DNA of 64,000 nt, from the NCBI GenBank assembly GCA_050084515.1, contig CM114271.1, positions 19,840,001-19,904,000 of the forward strand, read 5' to 3'. The notes below the pieces were generated by a model. The model saw only the letters and a list, made by a program, of their open reading frames with translations, did not search any database and was not told the DNA's origin. Of this stretch, positions 63,895-64,000 are shown piece after piece. The stretch's first letter is position 1, and each line of letters starts with the position of its first letter. The position numbers and the translations under genes were made by a program. The stretch comes from Blasia pusilla. Lineage: Eukaryota.

Positions 63895-64000
63895 GTATGT
63901 ATTACTTGGTCTAAACATTGAAAGTTGTCATCTGATGATTGTGACTATTCAGCTGTTTGGAGAGAATCCAATGAATGATGACTTCGTTGGGTGGCTCTGA

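Overview
Eukaryotic nuclear DNA from an intron-rich, TE-rich land plant. The gene style suggests a non-seed plant (inference only). Four host genes are present: the 3' part of TRS120/TRAPPC9 (+, 525-4593), an intronless GRAS transcription factor closely matching the mycorrhiza-specific RAD1 clade (-, 9254-11659), a 13-exon organellar HflX GTPase (-, 37440-44383) and the 5' part of a P5A-ATPase, PDR2/ATP13A1-like (+, 60867 to the window end). The intergenic space is a nest of decayed transposons. These are a hAT (ZNF862-like) element, a canonical Helitron with an intact 3' hairpin+CTAG end that carries a nested 2.1-kb non-autonomous Helitron and a probable solo LTR, Ty3/gypsy pol remnants, several small Helitron termini, and a second, divergent Helentron/Helitron2-like Rep-helicase element. 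Fragments of that second element also sit in an HflX intron. The most notable signals are overlapping P1BS and MYCS/CTTC motifs about 200 bp upstream of RAD1, two candidate GC-AG introns in HflX, and three near-perfect palindromes that share an A-G-T centre. All calls are by eye from sequence and motifs; no searches were run.
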